Assembly (NCBI GenBank): GCA_963625735.1
Contig: CAVFUV010000001.1
Span: forward strand, 1-33,938
Source of the DNA: a bacterium
GTDB taxonomy: Bacteria > Bacillota > Clostridia > Oscillospirales > Acutalibacteraceae
Direction: 5' to 3'
Length of the DNA: 33,938 nucleotides
Positions 33,779-33,938 of the stretch are shown piece after piece. Position 1 is the stretch's first letter; the number at the start of each line of letters is the position of its first letter. The notes beneath the pieces are model-generated. The model did not search any database. It saw only the letters and a list, made by a program, of their open reading frames with translations, and was not told where the DNA came from. Position numbers and translations under genes: made by a program.

Positions 33779-33938
33779 ATGAACAAAGCTTTTAATGCAG
33801 ATTTATTACCTCTTAAAGATAATATCATTGACCTGACATATTTTACCGACGAGTTAATCGATGCGACTGCCAAGTTAGAAGTGTATAAAGAGAAGATAAA
33901 TGATAGCAAGCTCGACAGCACATGGTTTATGCCTACGC
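33779..33938 (+). CDS. Fic-family protein, N-terminal fragment (runs off window)
   Basis: MNKAFNADLLPLKDNIIDLTYFTDELIDATAKLEVYKEKINDSKLDSTWFMPT resembles the Fic_N region. TTGACT-17-TATAAT promoter and GAAAGG SD upstream. The flank is AT-rich. Confidence 0.55.
   Translation, partial: MNKAFNADLLPLKDNIIDLTYFTDELIDATAKLEVYKEKINDSKLDSTWFMPT

Overview
This is a 34 kb chromosomal window that looks like a Firmicutes/Clostridia genome, judging from gene content, AGGAGG-type ribosome-binding sites (SD sequences) and TTGACA/TATAAT promoters. I cannot run searches, so the organism is unknown. I support 28 CDS. Housekeeping genes are ylxM-ffh-rpsP-KH protein, mazG-hup, rpmB and a MurJ/SpoVB-like flippase. 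Envelope and carbohydrate genes are two tandem secreted esterase paralogs, a metallophosphoesterase, a GH2 enzyme, a family-5 solute-binding lipoprotein, DUF3048, DUF4091 and a VTC-DUF4956-Cthe_2159 operon. Scattered nucleic-acid or ATPase genes are a UvrD-like helicase, a DUF234 ATPase, an AlbA_2/Schlafen-like protein and a partial Fic protein. I found no rRNA, tRNA, CRISPR array, transposase or integrase, and no convincing multi-gene defence operon.

The standout signal is non-coding. Almost every intergenic region longer than 100 bp carries copies of one modular structured element. It consists of tandem 7-nt (heptad) arrays of varying sequence, a short GC stem-loop whose two arms covary between copies, and a conserved RATTATATAGCTTCGC box. 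The modules are often arranged as long imperfect palindromes. The outer AT-rich heptads contain TAA or TAG, so three repeats give stops in all three frames. Four genes end inside such arrays, and mazG reads 27 codons through a degenerate one.

Other observations:
- A 72-bp inverted duplication (70/72 identical) of the flippase 3' end brackets 8 kb. It breaks the expected flippase-mazG-hup and ffh-operon synteny, so the segment is either invertible or an inversion scar.
- 36-bp inverted repeats bracket the GH2-SBP gene pair.
- A 190-nt tract with about 3% T sits inside a 716-bp highly structured spacer.
- Two arrays of about 180 bp with 10-bp phasing lie just upstream of promoters.
- A tandem type I toxin-antitoxin-like module is present.
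- Four secreted non-lipoprotein enzymes share a C-terminal amphipathic tail.
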